Shown here piece by piece: positions 12,555-25,575 of a stretch of 64,000 bases of DNA. Source of the stretch: Camelus dromedarius (taxonomy: Eukaryota); NCBI RefSeq assembly GCF_036321535.1, contig NC_087436.1, forward strand, positions 120,964,001 through 121,028,000, written 5' to 3'. Position 1 is the stretch's first letter. Every line of letters starts with the position of its first letter. The translations under genes were made by a program, and so were the position numbers. Below the pieces are notes generated by a model. It worked only from the letters and a program-made list of their open reading frames with translations. It ran no database searches and had not been told where the DNA came from.

Positions 12555-12800
12555 CTGAAAATGATTATCAAGGCAATACATGACTGCAGTAAAAAAATTC
12601 AGATAATACAGAAAAGCATAAAGAAGAAAATGGAAATCACTCCAGATCTCACCACCCAGAATCTCCCCTAGCTTTTTGGTAAACGTCCTCCCAGACAGAC
12701 CTCTGAATGTGCACGCAGGTTCACCAGCATCGGCGGACTCACAATCCACCTGGCGTTCCATAAGCTGCTCTTGTATCCTGGATGGCTTTCCGTGCAACAG
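12555..12800 (-). mobile_element. L1ME-type 3'-end fragment
   Basis: aaaaaattcagataatacagaaaagcataaagaagaaaatggaaatcactccagatctcaccacccaga matches the antisense 3' terminus of old L1ME elements. Confidence 0.65.
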
Positions 12801-13279
12801 ACACAGACCTGCTCATCGCTTGAAACCACACGGTGTTCCCAGCAACGATGGACCCAGACACGAGCAGTGGGTGCCCTGGAGAAGCACGTGTAGCTTTGCC
12901 TGGCTTTTTGGGCTCACAGACAGCACTGCAGAGAGCGTCCCCCTGCACAGAGCCCTGCCCGTGGGAGGCGGCAGAGTCAGGGAGCAAACAGCCCGCGGTA
13001 GCAGGCTCTGCTCTGGGTGGCGCTGGGGGGCAGGGAGGAGCGCGGGGTCAGGTAATCAGATCGTGGGTCACAGAACCTGATCACCGTACGACGGACCATC
13101 GCAGACCCTGGGGCTCCAACATCAGAGAGGGCCTCCAGCAAGAAAGACAGAAACGCAAACCCCAACTGCCAAGGGAACTGGGAATAAACAGGGAGGAGAG
13201 GAACTCCCGGAAGAAGAGAGCGAGGCTCGCAGACGAGAAGAGACGGTGCCACCACAGAGTAAGACCATGCCCCGTAGAA

Positions 13280-14570
13280 ACGTAGAAACGAGCGCTCGGC
13301 AGACAACAAACATTCCTGCACGTTAATTAGCTGGCGGTGGAAGATGGAGAAAGTAACAGTGAGGACACAGGGTGACGCGAGAACAGGGATTCAGAGAGAG
13401 AGCAGGTGGGGCAGAGACAGGGATGCGCGCACTGGAGGACCGTCCCCGGGAGCACGGACGCGGGATGAGGGAGGGCAGGGAGACTGGCAGCAAAGAAACG
13501 ACTCTGACCCACGTTCCGGCATGAAGACCATCAGTCCGGTTCACAGGCCTCTGAGCGCTCGGCACAGGCATGCCACAGAGCCGCTAAGCGCATCCTGGTG
13601 AAATCTCGCTGCAGGGCAACAGAAGTAGGTCACAAAAGAAGACAAGGAATCAGAATGCACTAGAACTTCTCAGCTGCATCCTGGAAGCTGGGGAGGGCAG
13701 AGCGCCCGTGGCCGAGAAAGTTCACAGGCACCCAAATTCCACAGCAGCTCCCCGCCCCACCTCCTGGTGCCGGGGCCAGACAGGGACTCTCCGGTACTCA
13801 GAGGATGCCTGGCCCCTGCGCCCCTGGCCAGGACCTCTCAGAGGACGTGCGGCACCAAAGGAGATGCTGAAACCACAAGCAGGCAGACTTGGGATCTAGG
13901 AAACGGGGGTCATCGCAGGAAAGAGACTAAGCAGCTGGGAGCAGGGGAGAGAAGGCGTCTTCCCGACGGATGTTTCCAGAGAGAAAGAGGGGCGGGACAA
14001 GCCACTTGCCGCGTGAAGCACAAAGGACAGTGAAATCATGTACGCTTTGGTGAAAAGTTCAGGAACTGGTGATGGAAACACGAGAAAATGTGAACGTACC
14101 CCCCAGGGGGTGTCTGCAGCTCACCTCGGGGAGAGGGGGAGGATTGCTGATGAGACACAGTGGGGATTTGAGTAAAGAACTGATGTGTTGATGAACTTGG
14201 CTAAAAAGATTTAAGCCATAGGTTGATGAGTTGATTCATATTGAACAGTCATTTAATCCAAAATGTGATTTCCCTGCATGGGGAGGTGGGGCCTCTGAGA
14301 GAATTCAACTTGCACATCTGTCCACAGAGAAGTCAAGGGCTGGGATCTAAGGTGGACAGACCAGCATAAGGCAGAATGACGCGTCACCTGGGAACAGACG
14401 CGCCAGACAGAGTAGAGCAAACCAGACCCCAAACGGACGGAAAGCTGAGAGTCTTTGCTTCCTGGGGCAGGCGGGGAGGCAGACGCTTTTATGATACACC
14501 TTGAAGAGTGATTTGACTTTTTGGACATACTGCTTCACTGAAACGAAACGTAAGATACAGCACGGGGCGG
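13280..14570 (+). mobile_element. HAL1/L1M ORF1-like relic, fragmented
   Basis: aaggaatcagaatgcactagaacttctcagctgcatcctggaagct (~13644), gacttgggatctaggaaacggggg (~13886) and 3'-end-like gatttgactttttggacatac (~14510). Confidence 0.55.
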
Positions 14571-15764
14571 GGGTGCGTGTGCTGACTCAGTGGCTGGTCA
14601 GGAGCATTGGTTTCCTCGGTCGTGTGGTTTCTGCCTGGAAAGAGCACCCAAGCCCAGGGTCCCCCCCCCCAGACCCCCTGGGCTCAGCTCGGCTCACTGC
14701 TGGGGGCCAGCGCCCTCGACCCTGGTTTCAGTGGTGCCAGCGTGGCCACACCCAGCGAGAGCGGAGGGAAGGAGACCCAGGGCCCTGCCTGGACCAGGTG
14801 CTGGTCTGAAGGAGGCCTGGGTGGGTGTGGACAGATGGGTCGGAGATGTGGTCCAGTGGGGAGACGGAGACCAGCGAGGACCTGCCGGCGGGAAGGAGGC
14901 TGGCGGTTCTGGTGAGACATCTGAGGCCGCGGACAGGAATGGAGGGACCCGGGACTGCAGATAATTTCTTTACCTGGTGACAAGTGGAACCCTTCCCAAA
15001 TCTGGGACTAGAAAGCAATTGTGTGAATTGCTCTAGGGACAGAGTTTCAGAAACACCTCCTGGTCCCTGCCCCAAGGAGGGAGAACTGCTGGCCCGGGGG
15101 GTCCTCAGAGTCCTGTCTGCTGGTCAGAGGACAGAGGCCACCGCCCACTCAGGATGCAGAAATTGGACATAGCTCTTCCACAGGCCGTCTCCAGGGCCCA
15201 CTCAGCATGCCCCGGGCCCTGCCGGCCCGCACCCGCTGTCTGAGCTCGTGCTGAGACACTGGCCCGGCGGCCGCAGCTCCCAGCCCTGCACATACTTCCC
15301 CCAAACTCACCAGCTGTCTGTGGGAATCCAAGGGCCCAGTCTGGCTGGCAGAAGCCCTTCCTAGCAGGGAGGTTTCTCCCCGGGTCAGGGAGCAGGCAGT
15401 CCTGTTGTCACACGACCTCCCAAGGGCCCCAGAGTTCCCAGCCTGCGTCAGGAGTCACTGTGGGGCGCCAGGCAGTGGGACGTCCCTAGAACATCCAGGC
15501 CCCCTGGACAGTGAGCCTAAGGCCCGGGGTTGGGACGACACGGCGGGGTGTCGGGGACCCCCTGCCCCACCGGTCCAAGAAGGTGCCCAGGGGAGAGGGT
15601 GGGGCCCTGACAAAGGTCGGGGGGCTGACCCCCTTCTAAGAAGGTTCTGGGTGTCTGGGCAAGTCCCTGAAGTGGAGGGTGGGGTCAGCAGATATCTTTG
15701 AGGAATCTGGAGCTGGGGCCCCTGGCGGGTGGGGGTGGCTGACTGTGGCATTTGAGTTATTGGT

Positions 15765-15880
15765 GTTACTTCAAAGAGAACCTGCAGTGTTCGCTAAAAA
15801 TGCAGACTCCCAGACACCCGCTGTAGCAGCTCTGGTCCCGGAGCCTGGAGTGGGCCCCGGGATCCGCGTTTCATCTGTGT
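15765..15880. mobile_element. MER5A-like hAT-Charlie MITE fragment
   Basis: gctaaaaatgcagactcccagacaccc...ggagtgggccccgggatccgcgtttca resembles MER5A. Confidence 0.55.
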
Positions 15881-17764
15881 GCAATGTTGCTGTGGATCGA
15901 GGAGCCTTCTAAGCGGCTGCTCACGCTGTTCCTTGTCTGTAACACCCTTCCCCCTCCTCCTCCTTCAGATGTGCAGTGTCAACTTTGCCTTCAAGACTGA
16001 GTTCCAACAGGGCTGGACCAGGTGCCTTTGCGTGTTTCCCAGGGTCCCCCTCGTTCAGAGCAGTGACCCCACATTGTGGTCACTCCTGTTGGGTTTCCTG
16101 CACACAGTGGGGTCTCAGCAAAGGCATTGGCTGAACACATCCTTTCCCACAGGTTCTAGAAGCAGCAGTGGTAACAGCCACACGACACCCGCCCTGCAGA
16201 GCCCCAAGGCCCAGGCAGTCCCCAGCAGGTGCTTCCCTGAGGTTGGGGACACCCTCTGGAATGTTCCCTCCTGTTCATGACTCTGCAGCTCTGGGCCTGG
16301 CCCAGCAGAGGCAGCCAAGCATGGCTGGAATCGGAGCTTGGAGGCCCCGGTCCATCCCTGCCCCTCGCAGCCTCCCCAGGCCAGACGCCCACCTCCCGCA
16401 AGGAATGGGAGCCCAGAAGGGCCCTGGAGCCCCTGCCAGGAGAGCGGAAGGAACGACAGATATGCGTGATACAGCCTGCAGAAGGGCCCAGCTCCCCAGG
16501 GACGCTGGAAAATTCCCCCAGTGCTCGGAGCCAGATGGCCACTCCAGGGAATTAAGCCCAGTTTGGGTTGATCCCAAAGCCAGGACACACACCTCTCAGG
16601 GGCCCTGGAGATGTTCTGTGTGCCCCAGAGCCCCGAGAGGAGGTTGAGCACCAGTGCAGAGAGAAGGATGTGCAGGACTGGTCCCCTGGCGCCACGCCCT
16701 GAGTGTGCAGGGGAACCGAGGCAGGGAGCCTGACCCCCACAGCAGCCCCGCTGTGGGCCTCCCTCTGTGCCCGGCCCGGGTTCACGGATTGACCCCTCAC
16801 AGGACCCCGCGAGGAGGTAACCATACCCCTCATCATGTGGCGGTGCCGAACTGGATCCTCCCCCCGGCAGCCTCCCCTGAGGGGGCCCTGCCCACCTGCC
16901 CACCTGCGCGCCTGCACCCGCAGTGATGGGAATGACTGCGTCCCAGCCCACCTAGCCCTCCCTTAAGTCCAGGCTGGACGCGGGCTCCCCAGACGGCCCT
17001 CAAGCCCCGACCAACTGACACGGACATTTTCTCGAGGCTGGAGGTGGGGGGAGGCAGGGTGAGCTGAGCTGGGCATCCCAGGATCTAATCCGGGCCTCTG
17101 GTCTTCCGGAAGCTGAGCCGGTGCAGTGCAGGCCGACGGCTGAGGATCTGGGGGCGCTGGAAGAGGGGACAGAGCGCCGTGCCGATGGAACAGGACTCAG
17201 CCGCTGCAGAGCCATACTAACCCTGCAGGTGGGCATCCACATGGCCTGGAGTACCCGGCAGTGTGGCCGGGGCCCCTGGGGTCACTGTCAGCTTGCCACG
17301 GGCTGGCCCTTCGCTCAGGACAGCACCTGGCTAAGGCGCAGCCCCACTGGCAGGTGCAGGACTGTGGGGAAGGGAAGGTTCTCCTTGGGGCAGCTCCTCG
17401 GGCCCCCACTGGGCCGTGCAGGGAGGGAGGAAGGGGGTGGAGAGGCCCAGGGTGCAGGACTCCAGAGCTGTTACTAGAGGCCTGTGGTGTGTTTTGGTCC
17501 CAGTAATTTCCTGGTTTAAACCCATTCATTTTGCTGACACTGTAAATGTAAGTCTGAGGCCAGGCTGGCCTGCAGGGCCCCAGCGTGTGTCCTCCGGGTG
17601 TGTCATCCATTCACTCATTCATTCACTCAACCACCAGGGCTGGAGGGAGGTCCCCACAGGGTGCAGACTGTCAGACTCGAGGGGCCCCACGCGCACCTCG
17701 GGCTGGGCCAAGGAGGAGAGAGGCAGGAGCACAGACCCCCACGGCCTCCCGCCCCCTCCCCTTG

Positions 17765-18120
17765 CTTGTGAGCGTCACAGCTGGCTGGCTTCACACAGCA
17801 GCCTGGAGGCTGAAAGTTCAAAATCCACGTGTAGGCGGAGCTGCCTCCCTCTGAGGCTCCGGGGAGGGTTCTTCCTTGTCCCTTCCAATCCTGGTGTCGG
17901 CCAGCATTCTTGGTGTTCCTGGGCTCCTGGCCAGACCACTCTGAGCAATCCTCCATGGTCATGGGGCCCCTCCCTGTGTGTGTCCTCCGTTCTTACAAGG
18001 GTACCAGTCAGGGGATGTAGGGCCCACCCAGCGCAGTGACCGCATCTCAGCTGTTCTCGGCCGCTAAGACCTGTTCCACACCCTGAGGTTCTGAGTGGCT
18101 GTGAGTTGGGGGTGGACACC
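17765..18120 (-). mobile_element. MLT1-family LTR, partial
   Basis: cacacagcagcctggaggctgaaagttcaaaatcc...ttcttacaagggtaccagtcaggggatgtagggcccaccc are reverse MLT1 motifs. Confidence 0.7.
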
Positions 18121-18414
18121 AGCCAGCCCACTCCAGGGGGACACTGTCAGCTGACCACCTGCTCACAGCCAGACAAGCACTCCCTGCTTGAAGGGAGGGT
18201 GACTGGCACCCGTGTGCACCACGGGGACCCACTTCACACACGTCGGGAGCAGCCCCCGGACCCCCGAAGGCTCCTCTCAGAAGCCGAGTCAGCGGGAGGG
18301 ACGGCGGCCCCGTCTGCAACTGGCCTGGGGCCCGGGGGCTCCTCCCCAGGTGAGCTCCTGGGGCTGCACAGCGCTGGCGGGGAAGTGCCGCCTCCCACGG
18401 GGTCTCAGACGGCC

Positions 18415-18464
18415 GGCCTCCCGCGGTCACCCCGTGTCTGGCCTCCCGCGGTCCCCCCGTGTCT
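18415..18464. repeat. 25-bp tandem duplication
   Basis: ggcctcccgcggtcaccccgtgtct followed by ggcctcccgcggtccccccgtgtct (1 mismatch). Confidence 0.9.
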
Positions 18465-18699
18465 GGTCCAGCGCATCTGCTCCTCTCTGGACCCATCTGT
18501 TCGGATGACCCATCAGAGCCTCCAGATGCCACCAATGGGGTCGTCTCAGCCACTGTGAAGCCCCAACCTGCCTTTGTTGTTTAAAACCAAGCGACCGAGC
18601 GAGGACAGGGCTCCTGACGCTCCGCGGGGACCAGGATGGGGCAGACGAGCAGTGTGTGGCCACTGGGTTGGAGGAGCTGTGCCCTCCCAAGGTTATTAG

Positions 18700-19130
18700 T
18701 GTTCACTCTCCAGGCTCAAGGAGGGGGCGGGGCTCCTGCCTGGGTACAGCCCGGATGTAACCCAGCGCAGGGGGGCGGGTGCGGCCGGCGCCGCAGACCC
18801 GGCGCCAAGACGCTTTCTCCACTCTGCGCGCGTGCGCACGTGCGCCCTGTGTTGATGCACCTGGAATGGGAGCCTGTCCCACACCTTCAGCACTGGACCA
18901 AACGGGACAGCTCTGGGCAAGGAGCAACGTGACCTGAGCTCTACCCTGAGATCAGGCTGAGGCCCAGCCGTCCACTCGCTTCATTTAGAGTTTTCATCTG
19001 CTCGCCAAGAGCGGGGAGCACGGAACACTGGCCGGCGGCTCGGAGCTCCCAGGGCGGGGGAGGAGCCGGACCGAGGCTAACGGGGGCATCCGCTGGGCGT
19101 GAGGCCGGTTACCAAGAGCAAAGAGCCCTC
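18700..19130. promoter_or_regulatory. CpG-dense patch with GC boxes and a palindromic E-box
   Basis: GGGGCGGGG ~18724, GGGGCGGG ~18772, palindrome gcgcacgtgcgc 18834-18845, gggcggggg ~19052. Confidence 0.4.
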
Positions 19131-20359
19131 CCGTAGGGCAGAGCCTGGTTCCAGGAAAACTAGCTGGTGCAAGGCCAGCTGACCTCAGGGGGCTCCAGGG
19201 CAGGATGGCCAGGGCAGGGGGTTGATCAGGAGTAGCCCCTGGGGGACATCACCGCCCCTGGACCCTCAGCCTCTCTGCTTCCCCGCTGCTCCTGCCTCTG
19301 CTGACCAGCTCCCTGCAGCCACGTGGCCTGGGGCTGACCTGTCTCACACCCTGGAACCTCCAGAAGCTTCCACCACCTTCAGACTCAGGCAGAGGGCCGC
19401 AGCGCTCAGGGTCACATTTCCCAAGCCTCTGCCAAAGGGGCGGGTGATGCACCCGAGGTTAAGCCCCCACAGAGCGATTGTGACTTGTCTGGAGACGCCC
19501 CATGTGGCTCTGGCATCTCATCCACAGTGACGGCCAGGGTGGTGACAGCTTGGCACTGCTCCCCTTCCTCCCCAGCCTCCCCTCCCTCCTTCCTCCCTCC
19601 TTTATCCTGAGACTGCGCCTCCCACATAAGCCAGGGGCCCTAACCCCTACCTCAGGCTCTGGACTGAGACCAGGGAGGTCGGGGAGGGAGTTCCCGCCAG
19701 AGGGAACAGGCTGTGCGAAGGCTCCTTGCAGGAAGGGCTGAGCAGTCCAGGACTTGTGGACATCCAGTGGGGCCTGAGCAGTGGGGGCCACTGAGACGGG
19801 GCCTTGTGGGATACAGGGGCGGGCCCAGGCCTTGGGGACCGCCATCCTAGGTCAAATCCCTGCTCAGCCATGTCCAAGCTCACGGCAGCCGCCGTGCACA
19901 TGGAGGGACAGGGCACCACCTCTCAGGGCCTCTGGGTGCTCAGAGGGGCAAGCTGGCTTGTGGGCTTCCTGGCTCCAGCTTCTCTGCACAACACAGGACC
20001 CAGGCTCCACAGCTGAGATGCCACCAGCCCCGAGGGATTTTGGCAGATGCATGGCACACCTGGCCACCCGGACCGGCTTCCAGCTCTCTTTCAGAGTCCC
20101 GTGTACGACTCCCATCACGCGGACCACCTGCTTCTGATCTGCCAGCAGCTGTGAGCCAGCCACGGCTGCCCTGAGCCTTTTCTCGGTGCTTTCAAGTTTG
20201 TTCATTGGCTTGTTTTTGTTCCTTCAGGAAACTTCTTTTGAAGCAAAGGCTAGTGAACCTTGGTGTGGAGTTCAAGTTTCGGTCAAAATAACCAACTATG
20301 GATTCACAGTGCGCTCACAGCTCAAAGGAGCAGTTCCATCCCTGCCCCAGTCACAGGGG

Positions 20360-20485
20360 CGTGCGCACACAGGCACACACAGCACGTGCATCTGCACTCA
20401 CATGTGCACACTTACGGCTCACACTGGCGCTTGCACACTCGCCAGCACACGTGCACACTCCCGGCAGACAGGCACACACACGCAG
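20360..20485. repeat. Degenerate (CA)n-rich simple repeat
   Basis: gcgcacacaggcacacacagcacgtgca...ggcacacacacgca. Confidence 0.8.
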
Positions 20486-21093
20486 AGGCAGGCTTGAATG
20501 GAGGTTCCCAGACCCCCCTCCCTGCCATAGGACACAGGAAGGGGGAAGAGGTTGAGCAGAGGCCCAGGGGGCAGAAAATCTGACCGAGGCTGGATCTGTA
20601 TCCATGGGTTGCTGGGACCCTGGATGAATCCCTCCCACTCACCTCAGTCTCCCCATCTGTGAAATGGAATCATCTCTTCCCCCAGGTTGTCAGGGAGGCA
20701 GTTGAGAAGACATAAGAAAGTGGTTTTCCAGGTGCTGCATGCAGCGCTGCTGAGGTAAAAACCACAGGCACCCTGTGCCGAGGCCAGGAGATGGGCTGAG
20801 ACCCAGCGACACGCCCAGCCCAGTTGATGGGACAGCCTGGTGCCTGCATGAGGGACCTGCTGTGTGATCTTGGGGGAGCATCTGCCCTCTCTGGGCCTCA
20901 GCAGCCCTTCACCATCAGACTAACCGCTGCTGTCTGCCAAGACAGAGCCCGGGGGTTCCGGGGCCTGTGCTGGGGCCACACAACACTCCTCTGTGCAAGG
21001 AGGGAAACTGAGGCTCGGTGAAGTGGAGGAACTGGGGACAAGACTAGAGAGTGAGGCCCCAAACCAGGGGGGCAGCTCTCAGTGTTTGTAAGA

Positions 21094-21250
21094 GTGGTGG
21101 TTAACGGTATCTGCCCACCTGAGGGGTGGTCTGACATTTGGCCAACATGACTCTGCATGTGTCCGCCAGGCAGTTTCTGGATGATCTTAGCTTTTGGGTC
21201 AGCAGCTTGAGTAAAGCAGACAGCCCTCCCCAGGGTGTTGGGCCTCTCCT
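21094..21250 (+). mobile_element. MLT2 (ERVL) LTR 5' fragment
   Basis: gtggtggttaac...gtttctggatgatcttagcttttgggtcagcagcttgagtaaagcagacagccctcccca matches the MLT2 5' part. Confidence 0.7.
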
Positions 21251-21259
21251 GGTCACCTG

Positions 21260-21372
21260 AAGGTTGTAGAAGTCAACGCAGTTACGAAATACCTTCGCAG
21301 CAACACCTGGATGAGTGTTTGAATCACTGGGGATTACGACCTGGCCAAGCTGACACATAACTGACCGTCACA
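21260..21372 (-). mobile_element. Second MLT2-like LTR 5' fragment, opposite orientation
   Basis: Reverse complement reads tgtgacggtcagttatgtgtcagcttggccagg...caaacactcatccaggtgttgctgcgaaggtattt, an MLT2-type start. Confidence 0.6.
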
Positions 21373-22249
21373 CAGGCTTGGACTCAGGAGCCCTGAATCT
21401 CAGGACCAGCTGCCAGGGTTTGTGCAATTTGAAGTCTGATGCTCTATGTGTGGCCTCAGTTTCCTCATTGGTAAGTGGGAGAGTCTGTCCCTCAGGGAAT
21501 CATCCCTGAGGGTCTGCCCTGCGTGGGGATAGCAGGGGAGAAAAGACCTAGTCCCCACTCTGGTTCAGGGACGGCCTTCTGGGTTTTGACGTCTGCAGAG
21601 GAGTCTGAAAGGCAGCCCAGGTGGGGAGTGTGCGCCAGGTAGCTGGGTGAGGGAGGAGCACAGAGAGCTGGAGGAGGGGCAGCAGGTTCTGCTGTCCAGG
21701 GAGAGGGTACTGCCCCCACCGCAGCCTTCCCCCTGTTGGGGGCGTGGCCTGGCGCTTGTCCTCTCTCCCTGACACCTGCCCAGGTGTGCAGGTGGGGAGG
21801 GAAGGGCTTGTTCTCAGCCATAAATTCGATCGTGTGATTTCCTCCCAGAAGCTGCCCAAAGACCACAGCATGACTTTCTGGCTATGCTGTGAAGACCCCA
21901 GCCGGAAGCTCACTGGAACCAGAACCCTCCCACCCCAGGGGGGAGGGAGGACATCCCGGTGAGTCAGGCCTGGCTGAGGTCACAGACACTAGCCAGAGGC
22001 CTGCTCTCAGCAGCAGCGCCCCCATGGTGACCCCAGGACCCCATGGTGAGTGGATCTGTGCCGGGGTGTCCCCTAAAGCAGCAGCCTCACTGCTCAGAGC
22101 GAGTCTGGGGTCAAACGTGCAACGCTTCTCATCACACACACCCGGGAGGTGGGTGATCAAACAGAGCCACCATCTCCAACAGCTGGGCAAGGCGCCGAGA
22201 CGGAGTGGTCTGAAAGCACCACCGCCAGGGCCTGGCACTTGGGGTTGTG

Positions 22250-22430
22250 CTCATCCATCAACCCATCCACCCATCCCTCCATCATCCACCCACCACCCAC
22301 CCATTATCCATCCATCCATCCATTTACTAAACACATCTTGAGCTTCTGCTGCGGGCCAGACCCTGTCCAGGTTCTGGGGAAATGGGAACGAGCTGGCCTG
22401 ACAGGTTCCTGTCCCATGGAGCTGACCTGA
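22250..22430 (-). mobile_element. L2 3' end with expanded (CCAT)n tail
   Basis: (ccat/ccac)n at 22250-22322, then catttactaaacacatcttgagcttctgctgcgggccagaccctg...cctgtcccatggagctgac. Confidence 0.7.
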
Positions 22431-25146
22431 GGAGGTAAGGAGGGAGCAAACAGTGATCTGATAACTCGGTTTATCACCAAGAACAGCAGATGGGGTTCCT
22501 TTGCCTGGCTAGTGTCTCTGTTCCTGTCCCCTTCCTCACTGTAACAAGCGTTGTCCAGCCTCGAGGGGCGCATGCCTGTGTCCTACTCCAGGGGAGAGCC
22601 TGGGTCTCCGAGGAGCCCCACAGCCCGCACCCGGCGGGCCAATTAAACTCTGCGTGTGCCGCACGACTGCACTTGTGGGAAGACAGCGATGAATTCCACG
22701 GCCAAGTGCTTCGCCAACATTCATTTTATTAATTCTTCTCTCAAAATGTCAAATCGCTCTGAAGCAGGCTCCCTGTCAGACACGTGGCGGGGCTGTTGGA
22801 GGAGAATTTGGGAAGAGCGAAGAGGCAGAAGAGCTCGCCACAGCTGAGACAGGACCACCCTCCTGGGGACCCTGACGGGCCACCCGGGGATGCAGAGGAA
22901 AGCCGCACAGACTGGGGTGCTGGGAAGATCTGGAAGCTTCCCTGGCCACCCCCGGGGGGCCACGGCTGAGGAGCCGGCACTGGGGCGCGCGGGCCAGGCC
23001 GACCCCACGTGGGACCCCACCCGGCCCTCTCCAAGCCCCAGGTCCCCGGGAGTAAACCTGGGCTTGGCGCAGCCTATACTGTCCTCACGTGAGGCAGTTA
23101 GCAGGACCCCATTCACCCCGATGTCTCAGCTGCCGAGTCCAGCCTGGAGTCCCACCAGCGGGGGAGACCGGAAACTTCCCTCTACCTCCTGCTCATATTT
23201 GCCAGTGAGCGCTCAGCTGGAAGGGGGACCCGGGCACACGTGACCTCTGCCCCCTGCCTTAGCGTGGCAGGCAACTGAGGCTCCCCCCAGCCCACCCCAC
23301 TGTGTGCTGAATAAGGAATAAGCAGATCCTGGCAAGAGGAGAGGTTGGTGACCATGGAAACGCGAGCCTCCCGTGAGCTCAGATTCCCCAGGGGCGGGGC
23401 AGGAGCTGAGGCGAGGGGAGGGGCGGGCAGGCTCACTGGGGGAGGATCAGGGTGACAGAGCCCTCTGGGAGCACTGAAGGTCCCGGAGTCTGGACGAGCT
23501 TCCTCCTCGGCCTGTGCTTCCTGGCGTCATGGCCCTGGTCCCTGAACTGGCTTTCTGTCCCCTCTAGTGCCTGCTCTCGACTGGGGAGCGGTCTGACATC
23601 TGTGGGTGGCCCTCAGGCTGGGCCCGGAGTTGGTCCACATTTACGGGCAGTGATGGACGGGCCACTCAGATCTGCCTCCCTGTCCACGCCTGCATCCAGC
23701 ATCACTGGTCCTCGGCTCCTAGAGATGCAGGTATGAAGGGGCTCCAACCTCGTGCCCTTGTCTAGGGGTGAAAAAAGACATCTAAACTAACATTTACAAT
23801 GCAGGATGCTTTCATGGAGAGCAGGTGTATCAAAATTTACCCCGCACAGAGGCAGCAGCTACAGCGCCTGCAGGATTCGCTCCATTTCTCAGCCAAGTCC
23901 ATGCACAGCCCGAGGCCCGGGCAGTGGCCAGGAATGACTGGGAACAGGGCTCACCATCTCTGACCCACGCAGGCTCCTCTGAGAGCTCAGGGCCTCCTGG
24001 AGCCGCCCCACAGCCCTGGACGCCCGCCCCATCCTCTCCCCCTTCGCAGGTCCCAGACGGGCATCGCCGTCTGAAGGCTCTCGGTGCCCCCTGACCCCTG
24101 GTCTTCCACAAGCATCACCCAGTAAGTCTCTGGCCCTTCTGACTCCTTCCCAGAGCACCCAGACCATCACAAGAAGTGAAGGGGTTCCTGGCTGGAGCCT
24201 TGCTCGCTACTGGTCATATCTTCCTTACCCAAGACAGGCTTCCCGGACACCAGCTCTGTGCCAGGCGCTGCTAAGCGTGGAGGACTGCGGCTCTCTGTTC
24301 ACTTGGGGATTTTTCTTATGTTACCATAGCTTCTATTTTTTGCACTTCGATTTAAACCTATTAACCATTGAGGAAAAAAGAGAGCGAGAAAAGGCTGCTT
24401 CAGGCCTGTTTCTCTGCTGCTATGGATCACTCAAGGACCAAGTTTTGGTAGAAAGACAACGAGGCTTGTGCTGAGTGAGGAAACACACTGGGGAACCACT
24501 GGCATGCAGAGGCTGCCTGTCTCAGCCAGGTCCTTGAGAAAGCAGAGCCTGAGGCAAGGGTTAAATTGCTGCCACTTCCCACGAGAGGTACAAGGCCAGG
24601 ACGGCAAGGGTGGGGGACGGGGAAGCGAGACAAGGAAAGATATTCGTGGCTGATGTTCCCCTGCGCTGGCCGCCCCCCGACAGCGAGCAGAGGGAGGCTG
24701 CAGATGCACTCGGTCAGCGCGGGGGATGGGGCGTCTCAGCTCAGGCTGCACGGAGGACTCTCACGCGGGATCGTCCACGGAGGGGGAGCTGCCCACCCTC
24801 CTCTGCCTCCCAACCCCTCGGCACTGGGCGCTGACCCCCGCGCCGTCTGATTGCACCTCTCAGCCTCTCAGCGGCCACCCAGGAAGCCAGCCCCTGTGAT
24901 CTGAGGTGGGGGGCTGCATCGGATGGTGAAGGGCTGCCTGGCACTGGAGGGGTGCCAGCCTAGAGACAGGGGGGTGCTCAAGGGCTGAGACGTGGGCAAG
25001 GCTGTCCCCACGCACTGTCCCAACCCCGCCTCGGGGCATCCTGGGGCACAGGGGAGGCCCAGCCGCATGAGGCCCCGGCACCCCTGGGAGGGTGGCACCG
25101 CTTCTCTGACCTGCACAGTGTGTGCAGCAGAGCCCTGGGGGGGGCG

Positions 25147-25575
25147 GTGAGTGTCTCCAAGCTGCTAACAAATTACCACAGACGGGGGGGGGGGGGCTTA
25201 TGACAACAGAAATTTGTTTTCTCACACTTCTGGCGCCAGAGTCCCCAGTGAAGGTGTCAGAAGCTCTAAGGGAGGGTCCTCCCTGCCTCCTGCAGCTCCT
25301 AGGGGCTCCGGGTGTTTGTGGGTGAGTGGTCGTACCACCCCAGCCTCCACTCCATCTTCACATGGCCTCCTCCCTCTCTGCCTCCTCTGTGTGTCTCTTG
25401 TAAGGACAGTTGTGGTTGGATGTAGGGGCACCCCGGTGATCCGGGACAATCTCAGCTCGAGCTCCTTAACTAATTACATCTCAGCAAGGATGCTTTTTTC
25501 AAATAAGATCACATTCTGAGGTTCCAGGGGTCAGGATATAGACCCGTCTTTGGGGTCCCCCGTTCAACTCGCGCA
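25147..25575 (-). mobile_element. MLT1B/C-like solo LTR
   Basis: gctgctaacaaattaccaca...acaacagaaatttgttttctcacacttctgg...tccttaactaattacatctcagcaaggatgcttttttcaaataagatcacattctgaggttccagggg. Confidence 0.85.

Noticed and set aside
15945..16030. Possible small exon after a polypyrimidine tract (AG at 15967-15968)
   Set aside because: Weak donor (ag/gtgcct) and unrecognisable peptide; such motifs arise by chance.
20200..20340. Strong splice-acceptor-like site ttgtttttgttccttcag (AG at 20226-20227)
   Set aside because: No clear downstream donor and no recognisable peptide; a noncoding exon cannot be excluded without RNA data.
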